This document shows positions 18,327 through 26,327 of a stretch of 50,759 bases of DNA, piece by piece. The translations under genes were made by a program, and so were the position numbers. The first letter of the stretch is position 1. Each line of letters opens with the position of its first letter. This DNA is from a virus (lineage: Duplodnaviria > Caudoviricetes): positions 1-50,759 of the IMG/VR virus record IMGVR_UViG_3300012201_000005; one strand, 5' to 3'. Below the pieces are notes generated by a model. The model was not told where the DNA came from. It saw only the letters and a list, made by a program, of their open reading frames with translations, and searched no databases.

Positions 18327-18844
18327 GGGTCAAGATCATAGAGGTGTCAGGTACCATTGGCCGGGTTGTCATCGAGAGCAAGGAGACTCCTATAGTTGGG
18401 ACGACCTATGAGCTGGCCGACTATGATGACCCGACAGCGAGGCAGGGGCGAACCTTTGAAGCATTGGTAACCGAGTATTGGAGGTCCGGGGCCTGGTCCT
18501 ATCCTAGCTCCGGGTACCGTCCTGGATTGACGCTTTTTGAGTTCAGGAAACTGATCAAGGCCAAGTTGGGCCCTGCTTTTGAGAAGGTGATTTTCATCAA
18601 CCGAGAGACTGGGTTTTGGGATGAATGTGCCACACCTGCCGACCTTCCGGACTATATCAAGACGAGTCCAGATAAGGCAAAATTAGCCTATGGACGCCTC
18701 AAGTCCCGAACAGATTGGACAAAAAAGGAACTTCGCAATACAATTGACAACATCATCACCGAAGGAAACCAAGTGGGGGTGAACACGAAGAAATGGGGCG
18801 AGATCATCGAAGGCATGGAAAAGGGAAAGGAGAGTACAAAGTGA
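18323..18844 (+). CDS. NinB-like recombination accessory protein (tentative)
   Basis: TARQGRTF and KSRTDWTKKELRNTIDNI motifs resemble NinB/Orf-type proteins. Confidence 0.45.
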   Translation: MRVKIIEVSGTIGRVVIESKETPIVGTTYELADYDDPTARQGRTFEALVTEYWRSGAWSYPSSGYRPGLTLFEFRKLIKAKLGPAFEKVIFINRETGFWDECATPADLPDYIKTSPDKAKLAYGRLKSRTDWTKKELRNTIDNIITEGNQVGVNTKKWGEIIEGMEKGKESTK

Positions 18845-18965
18845 GCGAACAAACACATTCAGGCCATGTTGATATGCTATACTGATCATGTCGGGAGCTT
18901 TGCAAGGCTCGGGCGGGGGCTTCCCTCTCCGCCCATCCGACTTCAAATGGGAAACGGGAGTAAAC

Positions 18966-19433
18966 ATGGCCACAATTATGATCAGAGGATACAAAGTCCT
19001 GATTGATGATGAGGATTTGGATTACGTATCTAGTCGGAATTGGTATATATGCCAACCGAGAAAAGGTAACGTTGAATCTCCAATTTATGTAAGGGAGTCA
19101 CTTAACACTAGCTCATTCATGCATAGGATGATAACCAATTGCCCGAAAGGAATGGAAGTTGATCATATCAATGGCAACGGACTAGATAATAGAAAGGTGA
19201 ATCTTAGAATTTGCACTCATCATGAAAACAGCCTTAACAGTAAGTTATCCAGAAGAAACACCTCTGGCTTTAGAGGTGTTTGCTGGGATAAGGCAAGAAA
19301 GAAGTGGATTGCTACCATAGGATTTAAAGGCGTGCTAAGGAATCTAGGAAGATTCGATAGCCCTGAATTAGCCTCAGAAGCATATAAATCTGAGGCAAAG
19401 AAACTGTTTGGTAATTTCGTGAGAGCGGAATAA
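18966..19433 (+). CDS. HNH-AP2 homing endonuclease
   Basis: MHRMI...VDHINGNGLDNRKVNLR (HNH_3) plus NTSGFRGVCW...W.A.I...LGRF...A..AY (AP2); AT-rich. Confidence 0.93.
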   Translation: MATIMIRGYKVLIDDEDLDYVSSRNWYICQPRKGNVESPIYVRESLNTSSFMHRMITNCPKGMEVDHINGNGLDNRKVNLRICTHHENSLNSKLSRRNTSGFRGVCWDKARKKWIATIGFKGVLRNLGRFDSPELASEAYKSEAKKLFGNFVRAE

Positions 19434-19445
19434 AAGGAGACGAAA

Positions 19446-20417
19446 ATGAAAGAAAAAACTCATTCTGGTGGGAAACCTGGGAAACGATGCTTCACCTTCC
19501 TGAACAACGAAGTACAGTTTCACGGGAATATTTCGGAAGCAGCAGAAAGACTCGGGATCACCGGGAAACCTGGCGCAATGATCCGGGTCAAGCTGGCTTC
19601 GGAAGGGTTCTACCGGCCCCGTGCTGGCGGGGTGGCTTGGGAGGTTGACAAGCCATGGCCCGAGGAAGCGGTGCAAGCAATGATCCAATGGAAAAGGGAC
19701 AGCCTATGAAAGGGCGACGATATGGACGGTGGGGTGGATTCCCTCGTGGACATGCTGAGGACGTGACAAAGTGCGCCCTTGAGGTTTGCTCTCAGGAAAG
19801 AGGGGTATTGCCACACCAATGCAATAGAAAGCGAGGGCATGGACCAAGTGGCATGTACTGCAAGCAACATTCGACCTACACAGAGGCTCAATTGAAATTT
19901 TGGACACCGGAGGAAAAGCCATGAAAAAGGAAACTCAAGTCCTTATCGGTAAAGGCGTCTTAACTTTACTGGCCGCTCTCGTCTCATTCGTAGCTTTCTA
20001 TCTCCTCGGTGTTTTCATTAATCTATCCTGGAACGTTGCGACATGGGGAGGTGGAGCTAGATTTACCGTTGCCTATTTCGGTTTCTTTCTAGGGGCCGGA
20101 GCGGGTGGTGTTAGTGGGTATTTTTTGTATCGGAGGGACCAATGACCGCCCCGAAAACCTTCATGATCGCCACAACCCTAGACGGTCAAGCAAAGCGCCC
20201 CCATCCATTCGAGGAAGAGTTCCAGGCCCATGGTGAGTGGTGGGTCACCCATCGCCGCCTCTATGGAATCGGATTTTGCATGTCCCACCGTGACACCGGC
20301 TACAAAGTCCATGGCACCGACCGGGAACGCGCCATCGAATCCAAGGTCAAGGGCCTGGAACTGCTCGAAAAGAAGAAGGACCAGATTGACGCGATCATCA
20401 AGGGTCTGGCTAAGTGA
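19446..20417 (+). CDS. Four small hypothetical genes (19446-19709, 19706-19924, 19921-20145 membrane, 20142-20417)
   Basis: Chain of ATGA-coupled ORFs. Confidence 0.6.
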
Positions 20418-20794
20418 CTGGCCTAGACAAGTTGGAAGCCAATGAGTTGAAGCAAGAACTTAGGGCCAAAGCTGGGTTTCGGTGTGTCATCTGTGGTGAG
20501 GTTCTAGACCCCGAACTTTTCGACTTAGGCCATCGCGTCCTAAAAAGTCGGTCCATGATAGAGACCTACGGCCGCGAAGTGATCTTCCATCCCTTGAACA
20601 TGCTTCCGGTTTGCAACAAGAAACGGGCCGGGGTGAGCTGCAATGATCGGTGCAATCTCGCAGGGCAACGAGTCCAAGCCCATGAGCTACTTGACCGCAT
20701 CATTAGGATTACGACCGGCCGCGAGTCTGAGCCTGACATGGCCTACGAGTACGAATTGCTCCGTGAGGAATTCGCCGAATGCTGGAAACCTTGA
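20414..20794 (+). CDS. HNH-fold zinc-binding nuclease (NinG-like)
   Basis: CVICG...DLGHR...NMLPVC...CN. Confidence 0.65.
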   Translation: MTGLDKLEANELKQELRAKAGFRCVICGEVLDPELFDLGHRVLKSRSMIETYGREVIFHPLNMLPVCNKKRAGVSCNDRCNLAGQRVQAHELLDRIIRITTGRESEPDMAYEYELLREEFAECWKP

Positions 20795-20827
20795 CGCCGA
20801 GGCTTCCTTGTGGTAGTTTTCTAGAGT

Positions 20828-20952
20828 CCACTAGTTGCCGGGAATCACCCCCGCGGCAAAAGGTGGAAACGCTTTTTGGGCCTTAGTCGGTCATTCCGGG
20901 GTGAACACACGAAAGTGTGCTGGGATGGTCGGCTAGGGCCTTTTTCATTTTT
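20828..20952 (+). ncRNA. Structured leader / attenuator RNA upstream of the replication genes
   Basis: Promoter TTGACG-17-TAGTTT (20791-20819); 21-bp stem 20879-20899/20920-20940 with six G-U pairs followed by a U tract. Confidence 0.65.
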
Positions 20953-20962
20953 GGAGGTTTCC

Positions 20963-21310
20963 ATGTTAAAAGAATCGGAAAAGATCTTTATTTCGACTAT
21001 TCTTGATGAACTTCTTAGAAGTGGTGACGTCATGCTTGCTCTCCATTGTGGATATGGATGGGGAGAAATTAACGGGGCAGAGGTCGTGAGAATTCTTGAA
21101 GGAAATACCATAGGTGTGATCGTAGATGGATTGGGTATAACTCGAGAAGACTACCTCGCATGGCAGGCTCAAATGACCAATGAGCGAGTGCAATGCCGAT
21201 ATGATATCAGCCCCGGGAAGAGGTGTCGAAAGAACGCAGAGGTGCAATTCGATCTATCAACTTTTTCCCATGAGAAGATTGGTCTGTGTCGGATTTATGG
21301 TGGTAGATAA
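20963..21310 (+). CDS. Hypothetical protein with C-terminal Cys motif
   Basis: GGAGG SD, ATG 20963; QC...GKRCRK...LC. Confidence 0.6.
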   Translation: MLKESEKIFISTILDELLRSGDVMLALHCGYGWGEINGAEVVRILEGNTIGVIVDGLGITREDYLAWQAQMTNERVQCRYDISPGKRCRKNAEVQFDLSTFSHEKIGLCRIYGGR

Positions 21311-22053
21311 TGACGTTCACCATTGAAGGCTTTTCACAGGAAGAACTTGTGAGGCTCAAACTCGACAACACTGACGCCGTGATTCTTCGGTGGTTCATTA
21401 CGTTTCAACTCACTGGACGCATGGATGAAGAGAAAGGACCAGATGGAAAAACGTACTTTTGGGTTCGCTATCCGAAGGCGAGAGACGACCTGCCAATTCT
21501 TGGGTTGACTCCTGAAACCCTAGCCCGGAGATTCCGAAAGATGGCTGATTCTGGGGTATTGAAACACTACCACCACAAGGTGGGTGGGAGTTTTTCCATG
21601 TACCGTGTCGGGGATTGTTTCGAGGCTTTGGCCTTCACACCCCCTCTGCGTTCAAACGCAGACCCCTCTGCTTCTGAACGCACACCCCCTCTGCGTTCAA
21701 ACGCAGACCAAAATACTCTTCTCTTAAATAGTGATCAAAAAGAAAAGAGTCAGAAGAACACGAAACACAAACATGGGGAGTACAACCATGTTCTCCTTAC
21801 CTCTTCAGAACTCGAAAAACTCGAGAGAAACTTCCCTCTAGACTGGGAACACCGAATCAAGACCATGGACGAAGGAATCGAACTCAAGGGGTACAGGTAC
21901 AAGAGTCACTACCTAGCAATCTTGAAGTGGGCCGAGCGTGATCGAGCTACTTCAATACCCCTCTTCCCTGAGTCCAAGGAAGAACCCTACGTGGACAAGT
22001 TTGCGGAACGATGGTTCAAGAATCACCCTGAGGACCGGCCCCGTGCTCAGTAG
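21310..22053 (+). CDS. Replication initiator protein
   Basis: N-terminal wHTH-like region (YFWVRY...LPIL), internal iterons, C-terminal KHKHGEYNHVLLT...YKSHYLAILKW; precedes the helicase. Confidence 0.8.
   Translation: MTFTIEGFSQEELVRLKLDNTDAVILRWFITFQLTGRMDEEKGPDGKTYFWVRYPKARDDLPILGLTPETLARRFRKMADSGVLKHYHHKVGGSFSMYRVGDCFEALAFTPPLRSNADPSASERTPPLRSNADQNTLLLNSDQKEKSQKNTKHKHGEYNHVLLTSSELEKLERNFPLDWEHRIKTMDEGIELKGYRYKSHYLAILKWAERDRATSIPLFPESKEEPYVDKFAERWFKNHPEDRPRAQ
21636..21709. repeat. Replication origin iterons
   Basis: Three ~22-bp units CCCCTCTGC(G)TTC..AACGCA; two 29-bp exact copies at 21636 and 21681; AT-rich tract follows. Confidence 0.8.
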
Positions 22054-23287
22054 GGAAGACGCCGAAAAAGGCTACCTCTCAGCCTTCCTGCATGACAACG
22101 GGATTCTGGGCATGAGCCCGAAGGATTGTGGACAGCTCGACTCCGAAATGTTCACCACCTACCGGGTGATATTCGACCAGGCTTGCAAGCTGGCGACACG
22201 GGGCAAGGTTCGCAAGACTGACTTGCTGTCCCTGGCCAGTGCGAAGATTTCTGGTTTGGTGGCTGAGCTTGACCCCTACACTTCGGCGAACTGGGAGTTT
22301 TACCACAAAGTTATTTTCGAAGCATGGGCTCAGGAGTTGATCGAGCGAACTTGCAAGGAAGCCGCCGGGGAGACTTATCCCAGGAGCGTGGATATTTTGG
22401 ACAAGGGCCTGACCACGCTGAGCATGCGCGAAGGTGGAACAAAGACAGTCACGGGGGGTGAAATTCTTCCAGCCATATTGGCTAGAATCGAGGAGCGCAT
22501 AAAATCGGGAGGGAATATACCTGGGATCAAGACAGGTATGCAGTTAGTCGACCAAGCCACTCTTGGATTGGGAAAGGGACAATTCATCATCATCGCGGGG
22601 CGGCCATCATCCGGGAAAAGCGCTCTAGGCTGGCAATTGGCTCGTTTCATTGCGCGAAGTATGCCCATAGGCTTTATCAGTCTTGAAGATTCAAAAGAAG
22701 ACCTAACTATCAGAGGGCTGGCTGCCGAAAGTCAGATAGATTCCAGGGCCTTGATCACCGGCCAAATGGACCACGAAGAACTTGTGAAGTACCGAGACGG
22801 AATCTACAGTTACGACAAAATCAAAGACAATCTTTTAATTCATGAACATCCGGCGATGACGTTACATCAAGCGGAAGGTGAGATGCGGGCCATGGTTCGG
22901 CGTGGGGCTCAGGTTTTGTTCTACGATTATCTACAGCTTACCAATATCAAAGGCAATATGCCGAAACACGAACAGGTAGCGCTCACTTCAAATACGTTTA
23001 AAGCTGTAGCAAGAGAGTTGAATACACCCTTGATCTCGTTGGCACAACTAAGAAAACCAGAAGGATACGACAAGAGGCCATCAAGCAATAGTGGAGATAT
23101 ACAACACTCTGATCAACCCGGACAGGATGCTGACCAGGTATGGTTTCGATGGGACAAGCGAGACAAGAATGGAATCATTGAAGACAGTCTGTTGATCATC
23201 GACAAGGCCAGAAATGGGGCACCTCGAGACATCAAGATCGAGTTCAACCGTCCCACTCTGACGATCAAGGAGAAGTTTCCACAATGA
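22043..23287 (+). CDS. dnaB: DnaB-like replicative helicase
   Basis: AGRPSSGKS Walker A, FISLE, YDYLQL, SLAQL, QDAD, KARNG motifs. Confidence 0.93.
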   Translation: MLSREDAEKGYLSAFLHDNGILGMSPKDCGQLDSEMFTTYRVIFDQACKLATRGKVRKTDLLSLASAKISGLVAELDPYTSANWEFYHKVIFEAWAQELIERTCKEAAGETYPRSVDILDKGLTTLSMREGGTKTVTGGEILPAILARIEERIKSGGNIPGIKTGMQLVDQATLGLGKGQFIIIAGRPSSGKSALGWQLARFIARSMPIGFISLEDSKEDLTIRGLAAESQIDSRALITGQMDHEELVKYRDGIYSYDKIKDNLLIHEHPAMTLHQAEGEMRAMVRRGAQVLFYDYLQLTNIKGNMPKHEQVALTSNTFKAVARELNTPLISLAQLRKPEGYDKRPSSNSGDIQHSDQPGQDADQVWFRWDKRDKNGIIEDSLLIIDKARNGAPRDIKIEFNRPTLTIKEKFPQ

Positions 23288-23817
23288 GTGATATCTCACC
23301 TGATTTTCGACCGAACAAAAAGGACTCGGACTTCATGCGCCAGCTATTGCCTCTAGAAGTCACTCCGGAGGCCATCAAGTTCTTCGTCCGACATTCATGG
23401 AAGTTGACCGATTACGGATACTGGTTTTTTCTATCGACGCTCTGGGTTAGCTATACCGGATGGTCAAACCTCGGGCAATGGCGCTTGCTCTTTTCATCGG
23501 ATCGTCCCAAGAGGCACACAAGCATCATGAAGCCTTCCGAGGTTCTGGCCCTGGCAAAACTCCCTCCAATAGTTACGGCCTTTCGTGCCCATCGACCTGG
23601 AGAAAAGGATTGGATTGCCTATACCATCAGCCCCGAACGTGCGGCATTCTTTGCCAAGACCAGGGGCGTGGAAGAGGTTTCCGAGTATAGAATCCCTCTG
23701 GAGGACATTCTTTGCCTATTCTTACGGCGTGGTGAATTTGAAGTCCTGGTCCTAGATCAGTCGCGCATTGAATTTGTCCGAAAGGTCAAGATCGAAATCA
23801 TCAAGGTTCCACAATGA
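23284..23817 (+). CDS. Hypothetical protein, possible ADP-ribosyltransferase fold
   Basis: LP..VTAFRA, IAYT...A.FFA, RGEFEVLV pattern. Confidence 0.45.
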   Translation: MSDISPDFRPNKKDSDFMRQLLPLEVTPEAIKFFVRHSWKLTDYGYWFFLSTLWVSYTGWSNLGQWRLLFSSDRPKRHTSIMKPSEVLALAKLPPIVTAFRAHRPGEKDWIAYTISPERAAFFAKTRGVEEVSEYRIPLEDILCLFLRRGEFEVLVLDQSRIEFVRKVKIEIIKVPQ

Positions 23818-24071
23818 CGAAACAAACCGAGACCAAACTGGCCTCCCTGCTCAAAGCCATCCAGTCGTGGGGACTCATGGAACTAGTCAAGGAGTCCTAC
23901 TGCTACCAGATGGTTTGCCGAATCCTAGACACAGGGAGCGACCTTCAGCCAGCCGGAGAAGACACCGAGGCCGATACCGAAGTGAGTCTGGCCATCGTGA
24001 TCGAGCCGCTTCACTGGGGGATTGACGATCCTTTGTGGAGAGAATTCACGTTGGCGTGGGGCGAGGCTTGA
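23814..24071 (+). CDS. Hypothetical protein
   Basis: ATGA-coupled ORF. Confidence 0.55.
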   Translation: MTKQTETKLASLLKAIQSWGLMELVKESYCYQMVCRILDTGSDLQPAGEDTEADTEVSLAIVIEPLHWGIDDPLWREFTLAWGEA

Positions 24072-25190
24072 ATGGCATGGCACATTTCCCAAGCATTGAT
24101 GAACCAATACGAAAAAGCGAACTCTTTGCCGGTGCCGGAGGCGGAATCCTGGGAGGTCTCCTCCTCGGGGAAGTTACGGTCTGCGCCGTCGAGTGGGACC
24201 CATATTGCGCTTCTGCACTTGCCCAAAGACAGAATGACGGCTTTCTCGATCCATTCCCTATCTGGGACGACGTTAGGACTTTTGACGGATTCTCTTGGCG
24301 AGGACGTGTTGACCTGGTTTCTGGCGGGTTCCCCTGTCAGGATATCAGCGCAGCGGGAAAAGGCGAAGGAATCACTGGAGAACGTTCTGGACTCTGGAAA
24401 GAGTTTAAGCGGATTATTGGCGAAGTACGACCCAGTAGAGTCCGTGTGGAGAACTCCCCAATGCTCACTCTTCGAGGAATCGAGGTTGTACTCGGGGACC
24501 TGGCCGCGCTGGGGTACGATGCAAAATGGGGCGTTCTCGGAGCGGATGACGCCGGGGCACCTCACATCCGCAAGAGGATCTGGATTGTGGGCAAGCCCTG
24601 CGTCAGCGGATTCGGTCGGAAGCCACGGAGGCGGACAGGGTCGGAGTCTGAGGACGGACATCCACAATTGGAAGCGGAGGCTCTGGCCGACTCCAGTCGC
24701 GGACGGGGACAGGACGACGAACTATGCCCAGGGCGGGGAGAGCCTTGGGTTCGTCGTGAGGACATGGCCAACCCCGCGAACTCACGAATCGGGAACATAT
24801 CAGCGAGATCGCGGCGAGAAGGGCAAAGAACGCCCAACGCTGGCCGGAGCGGTCAAGTTTCCGACACCGAAGGCGAGGGATTGGAAACGGGCCGGAGGCA
24901 ACGGGAATACTCCGGACCTCAGTACGTTTGTTCATGGTGGGATGCAGACCCCGCCGACCTACCCGACGCCAACCTCAGTGACGAACAGCGGCGGGAGCGC
25001 GCTGAACAAATGGGGAGGGAGTGGGGCAAGGAAGGCGATGAACGCGCTCTTGCCTTCGGAAGAGATCAATGGGGCGTTGAATCCCGAGTGGGTCGAGTGG
25101 CTCATGGGGTGGCCGCTAGGGTGGACCGACTTAAAGCCATTGGGAACGGCCAGGTTCCAGACGTGGTGGTTCTCGCGGAGAGGTATGTGA
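24072..25190 (+). CDS. Overlapping alternative-frame polypeptide (MTase beta subunit with motif IX)
   Basis: 372-aa open frame with WPTP repeats and LNPEWVEWLMGWPLGWT (motif IX-like). Confidence 0.75.
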   Translation: MAWHISQALMNQYEKANSLPVPEAESWEVSSSGKLRSAPSSGTHIALLHLPKDRMTAFSIHSLSGTTLGLLTDSLGEDVLTWFLAGSPVRISAQREKAKESLENVLDSGKSLSGLLAKYDPVESVWRTPQCSLFEESRLYSGTWPRWGTMQNGAFSERMTPGHLTSARGSGLWASPASADSVGSHGGGQGRSLRTDIHNWKRRLWPTPVADGDRTTNYAQGGESLGFVVRTWPTPRTHESGTYQRDRGEKGKERPTLAGAVKFPTPKARDWKRAGGNGNTPDLSTFVHGGMQTPPTYPTPTSVTNSGGSALNKWGGSGARKAMNALLPSEEINGALNPEWVEWLMGWPLGWTDLKPLGTARFQTWWFSRRGM

Positions 25191-25195
25191 AATGA
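24077..25195 (+). CDS. DNA cytosine-5 methyltransferase, main (alpha) polypeptide
   Basis: Motif I LFAGAGG, IV GGFPCQDIS, VI VENSP, VIII HIRKRIW, X RLKAIGNGQVP; motif IX absent from this frame. Confidence 0.92.
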   Translation: MAHFPSIDEPIRKSELFAGAGGGILGGLLLGEVTVCAVEWDPYCASALAQRQNDGFLDPFPIWDDVRTFDGFSWRGRVDLVSGGFPCQDISAAGKGEGITGERSGLWKEFKRIIGEVRPSRVRVENSPMLTLRGIEVVLGDLAALGYDAKWGVLGADDAGAPHIRKRIWIVGKPCVSGFGRKPRRRTGSESEDGHPQLEAEALADSSRGRGQDDELCPGRGEPWVRREDMANPANSRIGNISARSRREGQRTPNAGRSGQVSDTEGEGLETGRRQREYSGPQYVCSWWDADPADLPDANLSDEQRRERAEQMGREWGKEGDERALAFGRDQWGVESRVGRVAHGVAARVDRLKAIGNGQVPDVVVLAERYVK

Positions 25196-25398
25196 CCTGC
25201 GTACAATGTGGCAGACCAATCAGCAGCGCCGAGAGCATGGCAAGTGGTCTGGGCCCGCGGTGCCGCGAACATCGAACGGCGATAGACCAGCCCGAACTAT
25301 TCGGAGTTTCCGAAGAATTGGGAACGAAGCCGAAGAAAGAGGCGGAAGTGATTGACTTCGACGTTTTGACCGGGAGGAAAGGAGGTGCCGGAATCTGA
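25192..25398 (+). CDS. Small zinc-finger protein (DUF6011-like)
   Basis: CVQCGRPI...S..SGLGPRC. Confidence 0.7.
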   Translation: MTCVQCGRPISSAESMASGLGPRCREHRTAIDQPELFGVSEELGTKPKKEAEVIDFDVLTGRKGGAGI

Positions 25399-25442
25399 GG
25401 AGCGGGACTAGAATAGAGAACGAATCAAAGGAGATTCAAGAA

Positions 25443-25706
25443 ATGGCTACAGTACGAAAAGCATCGGGATCATTGCATCTTTCTGGATCGTGGGAAAACG
25501 GCAAGGTATTTTCCACGGCAGGGGGTGGCTATGCAATCACCTTCAAGACGGACGACGAACAGGCAATCAACTTGGTTGCCAGGTCCAGAAAACATGCTTC
25601 GGCGGAAATTGATATCGAGTTCTACGACATAGAAGATGTGCCGGACCCGAGCGATCCCGAAGACCCGAGTCAACTGACCCTGGGCGATCTGGAAGACAAG
25701 GACTAG
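25443..25706 (+). CDS. Hypothetical protein
   Basis: AAGGAG SD, acidic C-terminus. Confidence 0.6.
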   Translation: MATVRKASGSLHLSGSWENGKVFSTAGGGYAITFKTDDEQAINLVARSRKHASAEIDIEFYDIEDVPDPSDPEDPSQLTLGDLEDKD

Positions 25707-25708
25707 AC

Positions 25709-26263
25709 ATGCTCCCCAACCTCGACGAACTGAACATCGCGTTTGTAGATCCTAGCTTGAGGTCGTCGGGGATCTTTATCATCCGTCATGGCAAAATAGA
25801 GACATACGCCTTGCAATGGAGCTTGAAGGAATACCCGGATCGGATGCGAGTCCTGGCGAAATACGCCATTCACTTCACGAAACTTTGCAAGGGGACGGCA
25901 TTCGACTTGCTGGTGGTCGAAAATTACATGCCGGGATCGAAGGGCGCACAAGCCCGTGTGGCAGGTGAGGTGGGAGGCATCATCCGGGCAATATTCGCGG
26001 CGCACCAGGTGCCCATCATCGAACTAGACATTCAAACATGGCAAGGTCTTTTGAAGTTTAGAATGCCAAAGCAAAGCGTTTCTGAAAAGGGAGAATACAT
26101 CAATGAATGTTTGCGAAGATATGGTGTTCGATTCCAAACGGTCGATGAAGTCGATGCCTTCCTCTTCTTCCAAGCCCTCAAGAAATGCTCTCGGGGTGAC
26201 TTCGTGAAAGGAATGGGCTCAAAGATCCGTGATCAGCTTGAAAGATTGTACATTGACCTTTGA
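25709..26263 (+). CDS. RuvC-like Holliday junction resolvase
   Basis: FVDPSLRSSG, VVENY, GEVGGIIR, DEVDA acidic motifs. Confidence 0.8.
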   Translation: MLPNLDELNIAFVDPSLRSSGIFIIRHGKIETYALQWSLKEYPDRMRVLAKYAIHFTKLCKGTAFDLLVVENYMPGSKGAQARVAGEVGGIIRAIFAAHQVPIIELDIQTWQGLLKFRMPKQSVSEKGEYINECLRRYGVRFQTVDEVDAFLFFQALKKCSRGDFVKGMGSKIRDQLERLYIDL

Positions 26264-26327
26264 AAATTCTGGACAATTCTATGCATCAACTGTATAATGA
26301 GTCAAAGACCTTGAAAGGAGCGTGAAG

